A stretch of 63,871 nucleotides of DNA, from positions 62,001 through 125,871 of the forward strand of contig NW_026940671.1 of assembly GCF_032062105.1 (NCBI RefSeq). The letters run 5' to 3'. The notes under the pieces were generated by a model that did not search any database, had not been told where the DNA came from, and was given only the letters and a program-made list of their open reading frames with translations. The position numbers were made by a program, and so were the translations under genes. Position 1 is the first letter of the stretch. Every line of letters starts with the position of its first letter. Origin of the DNA: Saccostrea cucullata. Lineage: Eukaryota. Below, piece after piece: positions 26,301-37,996 of this stretch.

Positions 26301-27337
26301 ATCTACAACTCCTATGTAATATTAAAAATATTTCGAAAATAAGATTTCATCAGAATAATATTTAAATGCAGTAAGGATATACAAATATTTACAATACAAT
26401 ACTCTTTTAAACACGAAATCGAATTGCGAAGAAAACATTTTCCTATTTTACCACAAAACCTTTTACCTTACAAAAATAAATGCTCAAGTATAAACAAAAT
26501 GACATACCTGAATGATAGTATGCTTCATGGATTTTAGCAGATACATCGCTTTCTTTTCGAGCATCAATACACACATACGGCTTCAAAAATGGCGGCAAAT
26601 CATTATCGGTATCTAAGCCATGTAATATCAAGGGAATTATTCTCAAACTGAACTTCCGATCAAATGACATTTGAACAGCTAACCTTGCCTCCATGTCACA
26701 CCAATGACTACACAGAAAGTCTGGACTAAGGACCAATAACACTTTGACACTTTTTTCCATCTCGTGTTGGATATTCTCATCAATTTTTTTGGCAATCGTA
26801 AAATCACGATCATAATACATGCACTTCAAAAGAAATCTGTTTTCAAGTTCTTGACATATTTTTAAAGCTTGGTCACCATCAACGGCAGAATGAGCGATAA
26901 ATAAATGGTAAAGTTTACCAGAAGGGAGATCATCGAATTGTTTTCCGTCAATACTGACTTGATCACTGTTTATCTGGAGGATATCCCCAGTGTCATCACT
27001 GTCCAGTAAAGGACAGTTTTCTTCTCGGCTGTTTGTTTTGGACCTTGAAATGTGATGATGTAAATTCAAACTTCTTGTGTTAGAGTCATTTTCAATTTTA
27101 CACAGTTGTAAGTCAACATTTTCCGCCATAATATCTAATTCTTCCTCATTATTTTCTCTTCTCTGTTGAAAACCGGAATTAAAAAGCATATCAATGTATT
27201 AATTACGTTTCAAATTTTGAAGGAGATATTCTTATTTCCAATCAGATTGACTTCTCTAAATGATTTATATAAAGTGAAAAAAAATCCTTAAACACACTAA
27301 TAAAACAAAGCTACAAACCAAAAATACTTACTTTCAT
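23326..27337 (-). CDS. TIR-domain protein with two TM helices and a TMEM268-like C-terminal region, ~503 aa
   Basis: Minus-strand exons 27337-27332, 27162-26508, 26311-26279, 26181-26030, 25850-25578, 25438-25334, 24296-24261, 23704-23645, 23517-23326 join in frame (1512 nt). TIR: YHLFIAHSAVD, DRDF, VLLVLSPDFLCSHWCDME, IIPLIL, LPPFL. Two hydrophobic segments in 25578-25850. C-terminal IRYDIKACQEY and RHNTWLRKACVCQVLE. Confidence 0.85.
24098..24232. mobile_element. Hairpin (foldback) MITE in a TIR gene intron
   Basis: Imperfect palindrome over its whole length: TTTATTGACT..ATGCGTTTTGT..CGAACCAA / TTGGTTCG..ACAAAACGCAT..AGTCAATAAA. Confidence 0.75.
24516..25211. mobile_element. Long-TIR foldback element in a TIR gene intron
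   Basis: ~280-bp imperfect arms from TAGGGTTAATGAA/TTCAATAACCCTA inward to TTCCGATGACCCTACCGAGCGTTA/TAACGCTCGGTAGGGTCATCGGAA. Confidence 0.8.
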
Positions 27338-27609
27338 TTCCAAGTTTTGAAAACATCTCGTAACTATTTAACTTGCATTGCACAAGAGTACAGCGATTTA
27401 AAGCTTTCTGACAATAACAAGCTCATTGATTAAAAGTAGACCTTAAAAAATGTGCATTTAAAATATGAATTGAACTGTGAAAATTCCATTTTCCATTTCG
27501 AATCAGTACACTTTAAACTATACAGCAGGAAATTTTCAGAAAAAGCATTTCATTTCTCGTCCCTCAAGAAGGTTGTTCCTATAAAATAAACAGAAAGTAG
27601 AAAGCGACA
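27338..27609. promoter_or_regulatory. Putative bidirectional promoter between the TIR gene and the furin-repeat gene
   Basis: 272 bp between divergent ATGs. kappaB-like GGAAATTTTC (~27528) and GGAATTTTCA (minus strand, ~27478-27487); IRF-type GAAATGGAAA (minus strand, 27490-27499). Confidence 0.55.
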
Positions 27610-30600
27610 ATGAAACAAGCCACTCTTTTTGCTATATTTCTAGTGTTACTATTTCAGGTAAGAAATATATGCTATTTCTTATTCTTACTTACGTATATAT
27701 TTTATCGAAAAATAACAGGAAAATCCGTCGTCAATTCAGTGTATAAATAATGGACTAACAATTAGTATGAAAAACATCAGTCAGCATTTGACGCAATGTT
27801 AAATTTATTTGCTGACAAGGTCATTGTATCGACCATAGTACTTACGAAATACTGCTTCTAAAAGAGACTGCTGAAATTCTTGTTTCATCAACTTGTTTGT
27901 CAGTAATTTACTTCGTTTTAGAAATAGTTCATACGTAGAGCATGCTTTTGCGTATCGAATCAACTGAGATATATATAAACTCCGTATGCAGGTGATAAAC
28001 GTATATTGCTGCATAAGAAAGGGAAGTTGGCGATAGAAAAGTTAAAGTCATAACGTTTATCATAGAGCTTGCTTGTTAAATTACCATTAACGTCATTTTC
28101 AAGTAAAATATCCGAGCATGAAACAGATATGTCAGATGCTCCTGAAAATATTCAATATTTTATTTTTCTTTATGCAAATGGGAAAAACCAAATAACACTT
28201 TTACTCAAAGACACAAACCACCAGTGTCTTGTCACTTAAATTATATGTCAATCAGATATTCTCATTTCTGTTTGCCAACAATAAATCCAAAAGCATTAAT
28301 TCTTTACAATTTATCATTAACTATATAAAATCATCAGCTTTCTTTAAAAAAAAAAACACACAGACTATTTTATGATTTACTTTTTTTTTTATTTTTGTCA
28401 GCAAAGTTTACAAAATGAGGGCCATGTTGGACTTTTAAAAGCTTCCGTTCGCGCCAAAACAGGGTATATTGCAAGATGCCCACCTGCAAAATACATAAAC
28501 AACGGAGAATGTGTGGATCAGTGCCCTCCATTCAAAATTTCAATATTTAATGGCTTTGCAAAAATATGCGTAACAAGAAATGAGATCTCTTCTTGTCCGA
28601 CCGGTTCTTGCAACAACTTTTGTTACAAGCTAGAATGTGTGAACATGTGTCCATATTACACATTTGACTTGAACACCTCATGTATTGTACGGTGTCCCAA
28701 AGATGCTAATTTTGTTGTAACTCTTAACTGTGATGATGATTGCTTTTTTGTAATGAAAACATGCTATTCAAAGTGCCCCGATTCTTATTATTATTTGATG
28801 AAAACACCTTATTTTGACTGGTGTTTAAAACAATGTCCAATATACACCGCTAAGAATAATTTCACTTGTGAACTATCGTGCAGTACTGACAAACAATACC
28901 TTTTTAACAACACATGTTTGAAGGCTTGTCCATCTAGTCATAAGTACATGTTCCTTCATGTTTCTAAATTCAATGAAATCTTAATGTGTACCGATAATTG
29001 CCATGATCGAGTGCTATATGGAAATCAATGCATTTCAAAGTGTCCTTCATTAACTGTTTTGTACAATGGAACTTGCTCTACTGGCTGTCCATCAACACAC
29101 CCTCTTCTTTATTCTTCGCAGTTGAAATTTCGGGATGACATTCAGCTCAATAGGTCTGACCTTGCATGTGTCAGTGAATGTGGGAATGATTACAGCATTT
29201 TTAATTCTACATGTGTTGCAGATTGTCCTGACTCATTTCCATTTTCACTCAACGGAACTTGTACGCAGGAATGCGCCGATGATAAACCAGTCCATGTAGA
29301 AAAACAGACAAAGTGCATTCCATCATGTCCCTTGGATTATTTTCTCTTTAACGATACAGGCATATGTTATGACCGATGCCCGAAATCATATGTGTATACG
29401 TACAATCAGACATGTCACTCAGAATGTCCAGATTATCTCCCTTTCCAACTGACACGTCAAAAGAAAAGTTTTATTCTAATTGGTCATTCATTTCAACCCG
29501 TTTTGTATTATGAATGTGTCGAAATGTGCCCCAATCTACATTATCAACAACAATGTGTTGATGTTTGTCCATTAAATGCTAAATATAAATCATTCAAATC
29601 CTGTGTAAATCAATGCTCTGGGGATCTCCCTTTCTATCTTACTTTAACAATGCAATATGTTTTCTATGCACATGAAAAGGAAACTATTTGCGTTAAGTCG
29701 TGTCCTGCATACTATGTTAATCATACAAAAGTTTGTACATCAACATGCCCCTCAGACTCTATGTTTCTTTTCAACAATATTTGTCTAAAGCGTTGTCCGT
29801 TAACGAAAAAATTTGGAGAAAAAAGTCATTCATTTTACGTGTGCGTTCAAAAATGTCAACATTTGTCTTTCAATAACATATGTGTTGATAAATGTCCAAA
29901 TGCTGCAAAATATAATTCAAATTCAACTTGTGTAAGCAAATGTAGTAACTCATTATTACCTTACTATTACTTAAATACAACCAAAGTCAGAGCCCGTTAC
30001 TACGGCTACAAGATGGAAACAAATTTCTACTGCTTGGCGTCATGTCCGTCGAATTTATTTGGCTTTGAACATAGATGTGTTGATAAATGTCCGAAAGCAA
30101 CATTCTATTTTGGAAAGAAATGTTTATTTGACTGCCCACTGTCTTATCCATATAAAATACCGCCATTACAAAAATGTGCAAATGTTTGTCCAAACACGAC
30201 ATATTTATATAACAGGACGTGTGTTCCAATGTGTCCAGACAGTACGTTTCAGTTTCAAAACAGATGTGTTTCAGAGTGTCCAGACTCTCACTCGTGGATT
30301 TATACAAAGAATGCTTCTGCAAAGCATGTTCAATACCTATGCGTTGATGTTTGTCCAGTAGCTACTTTTGAATTTAAACCTAATAAACTTTGCTTTGATA
30401 AATGTCCAGATGGTTTCTTCATTGACCGTAATGAATGTGTGAAAACATGTCCAAAGAACAGAAAACTGGTAAACAACTCCACAAAAGAGTGTACAATGAA
30501 CTGTACCGGCATGTACCTGCAGGGAAATTTTTGTGTGAATCTCTGTGTCGAAGAAATGTTTATATTTCAAAATTCATGTGTGAATTCATGTCCCTCTTCA

Positions 30601-32035
30601 CATCCTCTTAAATATATAACCAACAATAAAATACTAACCCAAAAGTTTTGTGTCAAAGAATGTTTAAACAACACATATATTTTCAATGCATCATGTTTCG
30701 ACGTTTGCCCAAAAGGGCTCCTTGCTTATAATAGAGATTGCTTAAAGGTATGTCCGTCGTCACATCAAATTATTAATGTCATTACAAGAGAATGTGTCCA
30801 GAAATGTCCAAGGAATCTTGTTTTATCATATCCCAATAAATGCGAGAAAAGGTGTCCATCTGGGAAACAATTTATTGAAAATGGAATTTGTCTAAGCTCC
30901 TGCAAGAACAACACCCGTTTATACTATCCAACTTCAAATGGATACCTCTGTACACACTCGTGTTCAGGTGAATATGTCCAGCTTCAAGAGACAAATCGTT
31001 GTGGGAAAAAATGTCCCTTCAACAGAATCATAATTGATGAAATTTGTATGCTTTATGAAAAATGCACAGATCATCCACTCATCGAATACACAGCCAAGGG
31101 CAAAGTCTGTAAACATGGATGTTCTGCTGGAATGTATCTGAATGGGACCAATTGTATAGATTCTTGTCCAAAAGATATGTTTATTCTTAACAAGACTTGT
31201 GTACAGACTTGTCCAGAGTCAGCTCCGTATCTGTGGAAGAGTTTTGGGATGACTTTCTCTCGAAAATGTTTGCCTCGTTGTCCATTTTTTACGGTTATGA
31301 ATAGCTCTAATTGCATTCTAGTAGAAGAGTGCATTGGATTCCTTGGTGAAAAGAATAACGCTATTCATAACGGAAAATGCGTTCCAGAATGTCCCTATGG
31401 GTCTGTGGAATTTAAGGACAAAAAATGTAGATATAGATACGAGTTTATTTTACCAATCGTTATATGTTCTGTCATTTTTATTGGCCTTGTTACATCAATT
31501 TGTAAGATGGTGTCGTGTAGGATGAAGAAAACTAATACGGTGAGTCAAAAACATGTGTTAAAAAATATTATTCTTATATTCAAATTGATTTTTTTTAAAT
31601 ATTAGAATTCTAACAGTTAAGGTGCACCAAAGCCGTATTGTTTTTTAAATTCAAACTTTGATATCAAGAAGATCTTTTATCCATTTATTTAAAGATGTGG
31701 TAAATACATTGTTGTTACAGAATACGCAACAAAGGTCTGATGGAATAGATAAACAAAATGAATTCACCAGCTTAATTGAGGACGAAACTGAAGCAAAAAG
31801 CATAATCGAAGGCTTTGAAAGACAATCAATCGAGGACAATGAATTTACAGGTTCTTTCCAACCCGGAAATAATATCAAAAGTGTGATAGACGATGAAAAA
31901 CGTCTCCCTAATGAAGACGATAATTTACAAGGCTTGATCCATAGCAAGGCATCAGTTAAAGATACCTCCGAAAACGACGAAAGACAGCCAAATGAGACAG
32001 AAAATAAAGTAACTATAGATGTACATGAAATTTAA
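27610..32035 (+). CDS. Type I membrane protein of tandem furin-like Cys-rich repeats (PCSK5-like repeat region, no protease domain), ~1166 aa
   Basis: Signal exon 27610-27657 (MKQATLFAIFLVLLFQ|gtaag). Single 3138-bp exon 28402-31539 with dozens of CxxxCP...C repeats and TM FILPIVICSVIFIGLVTSIC. Final exon 31721-32035 encodes an acidic tail. All junctions phase 0. Confidence 0.9.
27710..28135 (-). mobile_element. Penelope-like RT fragment in intron 1 of the furin-repeat gene
   Basis: Translates as YISQLIRYAKACSTYELFLKRSKLLTNKLMKQEF...FRKYYGRYNDLV. Confidence 0.8.
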
Positions 32036-32859
32036 TGTTACCTAACATCAATGCTTGCTGCGACCATTTTTTTTCTTATTGACTTATAGTTTTTTCCGAG
32101 CGTAAAGAATATTTTTGCTCAAAAGCGCAATTATTTTTGCACTATATTTTGTAAAATAAAGAATTATTGATGCACTTTTCAAAACTGTCTTTCTCTTCCC
32201 TTTTAATTGAAGATAAAACACTCACAAATCAGCATGATATTTTAGGTAAATATGCAAGCTTAACATGAGATGTATATATAAGGATCATAAATTGGTAGGT
32301 TTTTCTGTAGAAATTTTACGAAGATTCAATCAAATAATATGAGTAATTTGTCGTGTGCCATGTGACAAAGAACTGAAACGCCTTGTTATGAGTTTATGAA
32401 ACAACGCGATAAGTCCAAACTACGTGTAAGCGATGCAGTGAAATAACACAACAACCACACACACAAACACACCCTAACCACTTTAAGCACAAATAAAGTG
32501 TATATTTTGTTACCTTTTTTTGGTATCCATTGAGAACAGTTTTAAGACACGTTTTGAAATCAGTTGTCCATATTTTTCAAGTAAGTTATGGTCTGGTTCC
32601 TGTACACTGGTGGGTAACTTTATTTTCTTTCTTTATTATTTTTCTTAATTCTCCAACCTTGTGTCATTATGTCATGTGAAATTTTGAAAATTAGAGTACC
32701 CCAAAAAATGCGAAAGAACCTTATCTATTAAAATTAGAAAAGACAAATGCTTTCAAATTATCAAATCTTTCTATTAAAATGCTCTAAACATATTAATCGC
32801 ATTACAAATAGAGGGAAAAAACTCAATATTAATGACATCACAATTCAGGATATATACAT

Positions 32860-33080
32860 GTACCGTGTGTGTGGAAGAGTCTTCCCAAAATGTTTATCCA
32901 ATTGCCCTTTTTTACTGTTAATAATAAATAATATATTATTGCATTACAAAGGAAGAGTGCATTGTTGCATTACAAAGGAAGAGTGCATTGGATTCCTTGG
33001 TGAAAAGAATTAGTACCCTATTCGTTATGGAAAATGCGCACATGTATCATAATGTCCTAATCTGCGAAAATTAAGGACAG
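32860..33080 (+). pseudogene. Degenerate partial duplicate of the 3' ectodomain of the furin-repeat gene
   Basis: GAAGAGTGCATTGGATTCCTTGGTGAAAAGAAT is identical to the stretch at ~31324-31356. Flanks align to ~31225-31420 with indels and stops; local ~26-bp tandem duplication at ~32939-32990. Confidence 0.8.
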
Positions 33081-33247
33081 TCAATGCAGGACCGAAACAC
33101 ACCATAATGGTAGGTCCAGTCAGACTAAGAATAACAGCAAGCCATTATAATAATATTGACCAAATCCATTTTACTTTCAAATACTTATAATTTTGAAAAT
33201 CAAAATGATTTTAATGCATTTATCATTATTTATACAATGTTTTTACA

Positions 33248-35029
33248 GGCATACTCTAAAACCTGGCCTGGCCCCTTTGGCCTGACCTGGCCTCTAAGTT
33301 GGCCTGGCCTCTATTTTGGTCTCTAATTTGGCTTCAAACCAAATTTTGGCCTGGCCTCAAATTTGGCCTCTGTAAAACTTTTTGGCCTCAATTTTGGCCT
33401 CACTCAAAAATAATTTCTTTTTCAGAATTTGATTGATTTTATTGATTTTTTTAAATTAGTTTCAGTTTTTCAAAGATAAAGCAGATAAATAACATATTTC
33501 CGTTGATATGTAATTGTGAACATTAAAAATGATCATGTACTAACACCAATATGCTTTATTTTATTGATTATCAATCGATCAGTGTAAACTTATTTCATTT
33601 TATGTTTTGATGACCGGTATTTCATACTGACACACTACCGACACTCTTGCTTAATTATTTAGAAGAAAATTTCAGAATTTATTTTGTGTTTTCCAAATTG
33701 TGCACATTGAAAAAATCTCTATTAATAATTCATGTCAAATGTCATTAATAGCTCCGAAAAATTCCCACTTGTCAAGTGATGAATCATCACCTTTCACACA
33801 CTGTATAGAGTGTTGTGTTACTGTTATGCCTGCATCATCTTAAATGAGATATATGGATACAGGCACCAAATAATTTTTAAATAAATATACTACCCTATAC
33901 CAATGCAGATACGAACATATTTCTATTATAATGATTTGATTACTCTGTTAAAAATTCATATGTACTTTAATCTCAGTTCGTATTTAAAAAATTAATTTAA
34001 ATAACATTTATCAGATAATTTATAACATTCTGTTCCTGAGCGGAAACACTGTAATTAGATATCTAATGATAAAAAATTCTGCAGCATGGTTCTTGTCAGA
34101 GAGTTAAGGTTGATGTTAATCAGTAATGAAATGTATATGTGCATAGGCTATTAAGCCACCCATGATTTGAAAAGAATTTCCTGATACAACTTTCACTATC
34201 TACAATTATCAAACAAAAGTTGAGTTTGATGATAGGTTATTAACATTTGTGCTGTAAAACAACCGCATCCTATCAACCAGACCATTAGAACCCTATCATA
34301 TAAAATGTGGCTAATTACTTGCATATATCATTGTATTAATTGACACTTTTTCGATCAGTTTGTAAAATTAGTCCACATCATCAAAAAGATTTTTTTATTC
34401 CGAATAAAGAAAGGTAAAAAAAACTTGTAACAAGTAATACTTAAAATAGCAAATTAAAAATTCTATTTACTGGGCAGTTCTTAGGTAATTTAATACTATC
34501 CATCTGCATTTCTTTGTTGTCTTGATAATTTAAATTGATGTATCTAAATATTTTACTCTGTAAAAATCACCATGGAAATTAAAAAAAAAATTAAAAGCAC
34601 ATTTACTAAATCATTAAAATAATATCTTATTGGAAGTAAAACTACTAGTATATGCTCTGTGTTATAGTCTTCAGAATTGCAACTGATCAATAGAAAATCA
34701 ATAAAAAATAAATCAGATTGGTAGTAGTGTATTATTATTTTAATGTTTACATTTACATATCAACAGAAATATGTTATTTACCTGCTTAATCTTTGAAAAG
34801 ATAAAACCAATAAAAAGATCAATAAAATCGATCAAATTCTGAAAAAGAAATTATTTTTGAGTAGGGCCAAAATTGAGGCCAAAAATTTTTACAGAGGCCA
34901 AATTTGAGGCCAGGCCAACTTTTGAGGCCAGGCCAAAATTTGGTTTGAAGCCAAATTAGAGGCCAAAATAGAGGCCAGGCCAACTTAGAGGCCAGGCCAA
35001 AGGGACCAGGCCAGGTTTTAGAGTATGCC
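33248..35029. mobile_element. Non-autonomous Mutator/foldback-type element, 1782 bp, 9-bp TSD
   Basis: Termini GGCATACTCTAAAACC/GGTTTTAGAGTATGCC. TIRs over 250 bp, with TGGCCT subrepeats in the outer part. Perfect TSD GTTTTTACA at 33239-33247 and 35030-35038. Confidence 0.92.
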
Positions 35030-35226
35030 GTTTTTACAGAAAAAAAAATAAAGAAATAAATTAACAGAATAAAAACACCTGTTTAATGCAGAACGAAAAT
35101 AAAGCCAAAAGCATGATCGACGACTTTGAAACACAACCAGAGAGGAGCAGATATTAAACCCTTTTTAGAGATAAACCGTTGACATAATAGCCACCTAAGT
35201 CTGAAAGCGATAAAGATTTTTACGTA

Positions 35227-37352
35227 ATGGCACGCAGTTCTGACATTGGAATTCTGTTATTGACATTGTTTGTAAGTTCATTGAATTATTTTGATAGTAC
35301 ATGCGCTTAAAAGTCTCTACAGCATCAACATTTTAAAATAACTTGTTATTCAGTTATTGTGCAAGTGCATCATAGTCCTTGTTTTGTGAATTCTCCTTCA
35401 TAGCTAGGTTTTATCAGGCACTGTCCACTACCATCTCCAGAGGTTTAACGACTGAGAGGATAAGGTTGCAGTCCTTAACTTCTCCGTCCTTGTAAATGAT
35501 ATCTTTAACCTGCTAGAAGGTGGAGACTAAATAATACATGTAATATCTCGTCAATGGTTGGTACCTTTTATTCCAATTAAACTGTTTTTTGACCAATATA
35601 AAATATGCATGAAACTCACCAGCGGTACCCAAAATTTCATCTTCTTCCTCTCCTCTGACCTCAAACCCAATCAAATTAAACAAATTTCATGCCCCTTTTA
35701 TCCTTTTTTGGTTTCTTCACTTTCAAAGGCATCTTAAAGACAAATAAAAAATTGTCTTCGTGTTAATCAACCATCTGTCAAAGCTATTGAACATGAAAAT
35801 ATGTGTTTATCTTTGGTTGCTCAACCAAAAAGTTTGCAAAACGTACGACTCTTCTCTCTCTCTCATGCCCAAGGTTGCCAATTTGATTGATATATTGATA
35901 CTTTCAGGCACAGACTTGAAATATCAGTATCTTGGCTCCGTAGTCCAAACAATAAATCGTGATAAATCTCTCAGTCCGTCCCTTTTAAGTCAACTTCCTT
36001 CTTCGTGCCATCATGCCTTTAGCATTTTTTGTAGGTTGTTACGTTCTATGGATCTCCATCAGTACCAGCTGCTTCTCTTACATATTTGGCGTTAAATAAT
36101 ATCTAACCATTGATGCTATGCATGTTTGACTCAATTTGCTTAAAAAAACGTCGGTATGTTCATTGCATTTTGATACGCATGGCACTTCTTTTTCAGTATA
36201 CATGTTCTCAACCACAATTGCTAAAAAAAGTCTTCCCTTTTTTTTTTTTTTAAATATTTAGGTTTTTTTTTTAAAATACAGTATGGAAGTTTTACAGTGG
36301 ATTTACTGCTCAAACCATACATGCATACATTTTCCCTTTCCTAAAGTGTTGAAACATGAAAAATATATATAAGGCATAAAGAAAATAATGGTTAAGCATC
36401 AGTCTTCATAACTTTGAAATACATATTTACTTACCAGGTAAAGATAAACTTTAAACAGACTCTTCAACGCTTTTGTATATTTCTTTGAACGCTAAGTCTT
36501 GTCTCGCAGGGTCAGGCTTTTGCCGCAGCAGTGCATCCGGGAACTTCTAGTCATGTGACAAACACAGAAAATACATCACCTCCTCGGCCAACTCCAGAAC
36601 GTTATGAATTTGTTAATAACTTATACATGTATGATAGAAATTCAGTAAGTATACTTACATTTAACGTGTTGAATCTGATAACACCAACCAAATTGTCATC
36701 TTTGCAATCTAAAACAAAATATAAAATAATTTTTAACCACAAAATTGTTGATGGTTAAACATGCATACAAATTATATAATTGTAGCATTTCCTGTGTGAT
36801 TCGCATTATTCCAGAATTATGCATTACTGTATGTGTTACCATGTTCCTTATGACCACCGAGCTGATATCCACGAACCATCTACTCTTCTGGCAACCGAGG
36901 TACATTAGACACACATTATAATTACCGGTATTTACAAACACATAAAACTGAAAATAATAATTGTCTATCATATGAATTAAAATTAAATAACGTCAAAGTA
37001 ATGGAAGCAATTTGCTGTGTTTAAAACATTAATATTTGAAGAATGCATTCAATAAACAATTTAACGACCTTATGGTTTTGCTATTCAAAAATCACCCATT
37101 ATAATTATGTTTTCTTGTGTTGCATGAACATGTATGATTAAAATTTTATATACTAATCTATTTTTTTTTTAGAAACGGATGTATGAGTTATTTCTAACGG
37201 GGAATTACGTAAAGAAAAATATGACAGAACTGAAGTTTTATAGTATGCGATGCTACAGTATGTGTACCCGCACCAATTACAATCCAGGGGATAATACGAC
37301 CCTTTATATGGTCTACGATGATCCTCTAATGTCCACACAATACTTATCTTAA
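35227..37352 (+). CDS. Secreted 4-Cys (BRICHOS-like) family protein, copy E, 157 aa
   Basis: Exons 35227-35271 (signal exon, less certain), 36510-36644, 36786-36899, 37173-37352, phase 0. ...LYMYDRNS/HFLCDSHYSRIMHYCMCYHVPY.../KRMYELF...FYSMRCYSMC...NTTLYMVY. Confidence 0.82.
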
Positions 37353-37421
37353 TAAAATAGTAATGAAACATAAAAAAAATTATCACAATGACATGAATTT
37401 CTTGAATTTCAACTCTTATTT

Positions 37422-37756
37422 CAGGGGCGTAGTATCCGGGGGGGCCAGGGGGGGGGGGCCTGCCCACCCACTTTTTTTCCCAACCTAACTTACACTATAG
37501 GAAATGGTAATTGAAAGCCTGGTTGACCCCCCACTTTTAGAAATGTACCGAAAATGTAGTATAAGAATTGGAACTAAAAGTAGTTGACATTGAGAAAAAG
37601 TTAACCCCCCCCCCCCCCACGAAATAGGATTTTCGACTTTGGGCAATTTTTACCTTTTTTTTTTTTTTTTTTTTTTGCTTGTCAACTCTTTCAGGTAAGT
37701 AAAAAAAAATTTTCTCTGCCTGGCCCCCCACTTTCAAAAACGATGCTACGCCACTG
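37422..37756. mobile_element. MITE (hAT-like termini)
   Basis: CAGGGGCGTAG...CTACGCCACTG termini, with TATTT on both flanks. Confidence 0.7.
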
Positions 37757-37996
37757 TATTTCCAATGTGAAACATGCGTGCAGAAGGATGCATAGCATTT
37801 AAAATGCCTGCAAATCGCACTCCAAATTCTTCGAAGATCCTGTATTTTGAGACATACAGATGTATTCTGTATAATTTGCTCAGGATGATGTGTGCAACCC
37901 TTTGCCTCACAATGCCATCTAAATGATCAGCTCATATGTTGACTATTGCAGGTCATTTTTAAGTGGATAGAAGTATTAAATTCACGAACGTCATAA

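Noticed and set aside
26443-27189. Canonical Toll-like receptor
   Set aside because: No LRRs, and the TIR is N-terminal to the TM helices.
28372-31605. PCSK5/furin protease gene, and the ORF ends as given
   Set aside because: No subtilisin catalytic or P domain; both ORF ends run into introns.
29987-31947. Overlapping alternative-frame and antisense ORFs in the furin-repeat gene
   Set aside because: Shadows of the real coding sequence with no recognisable domains.
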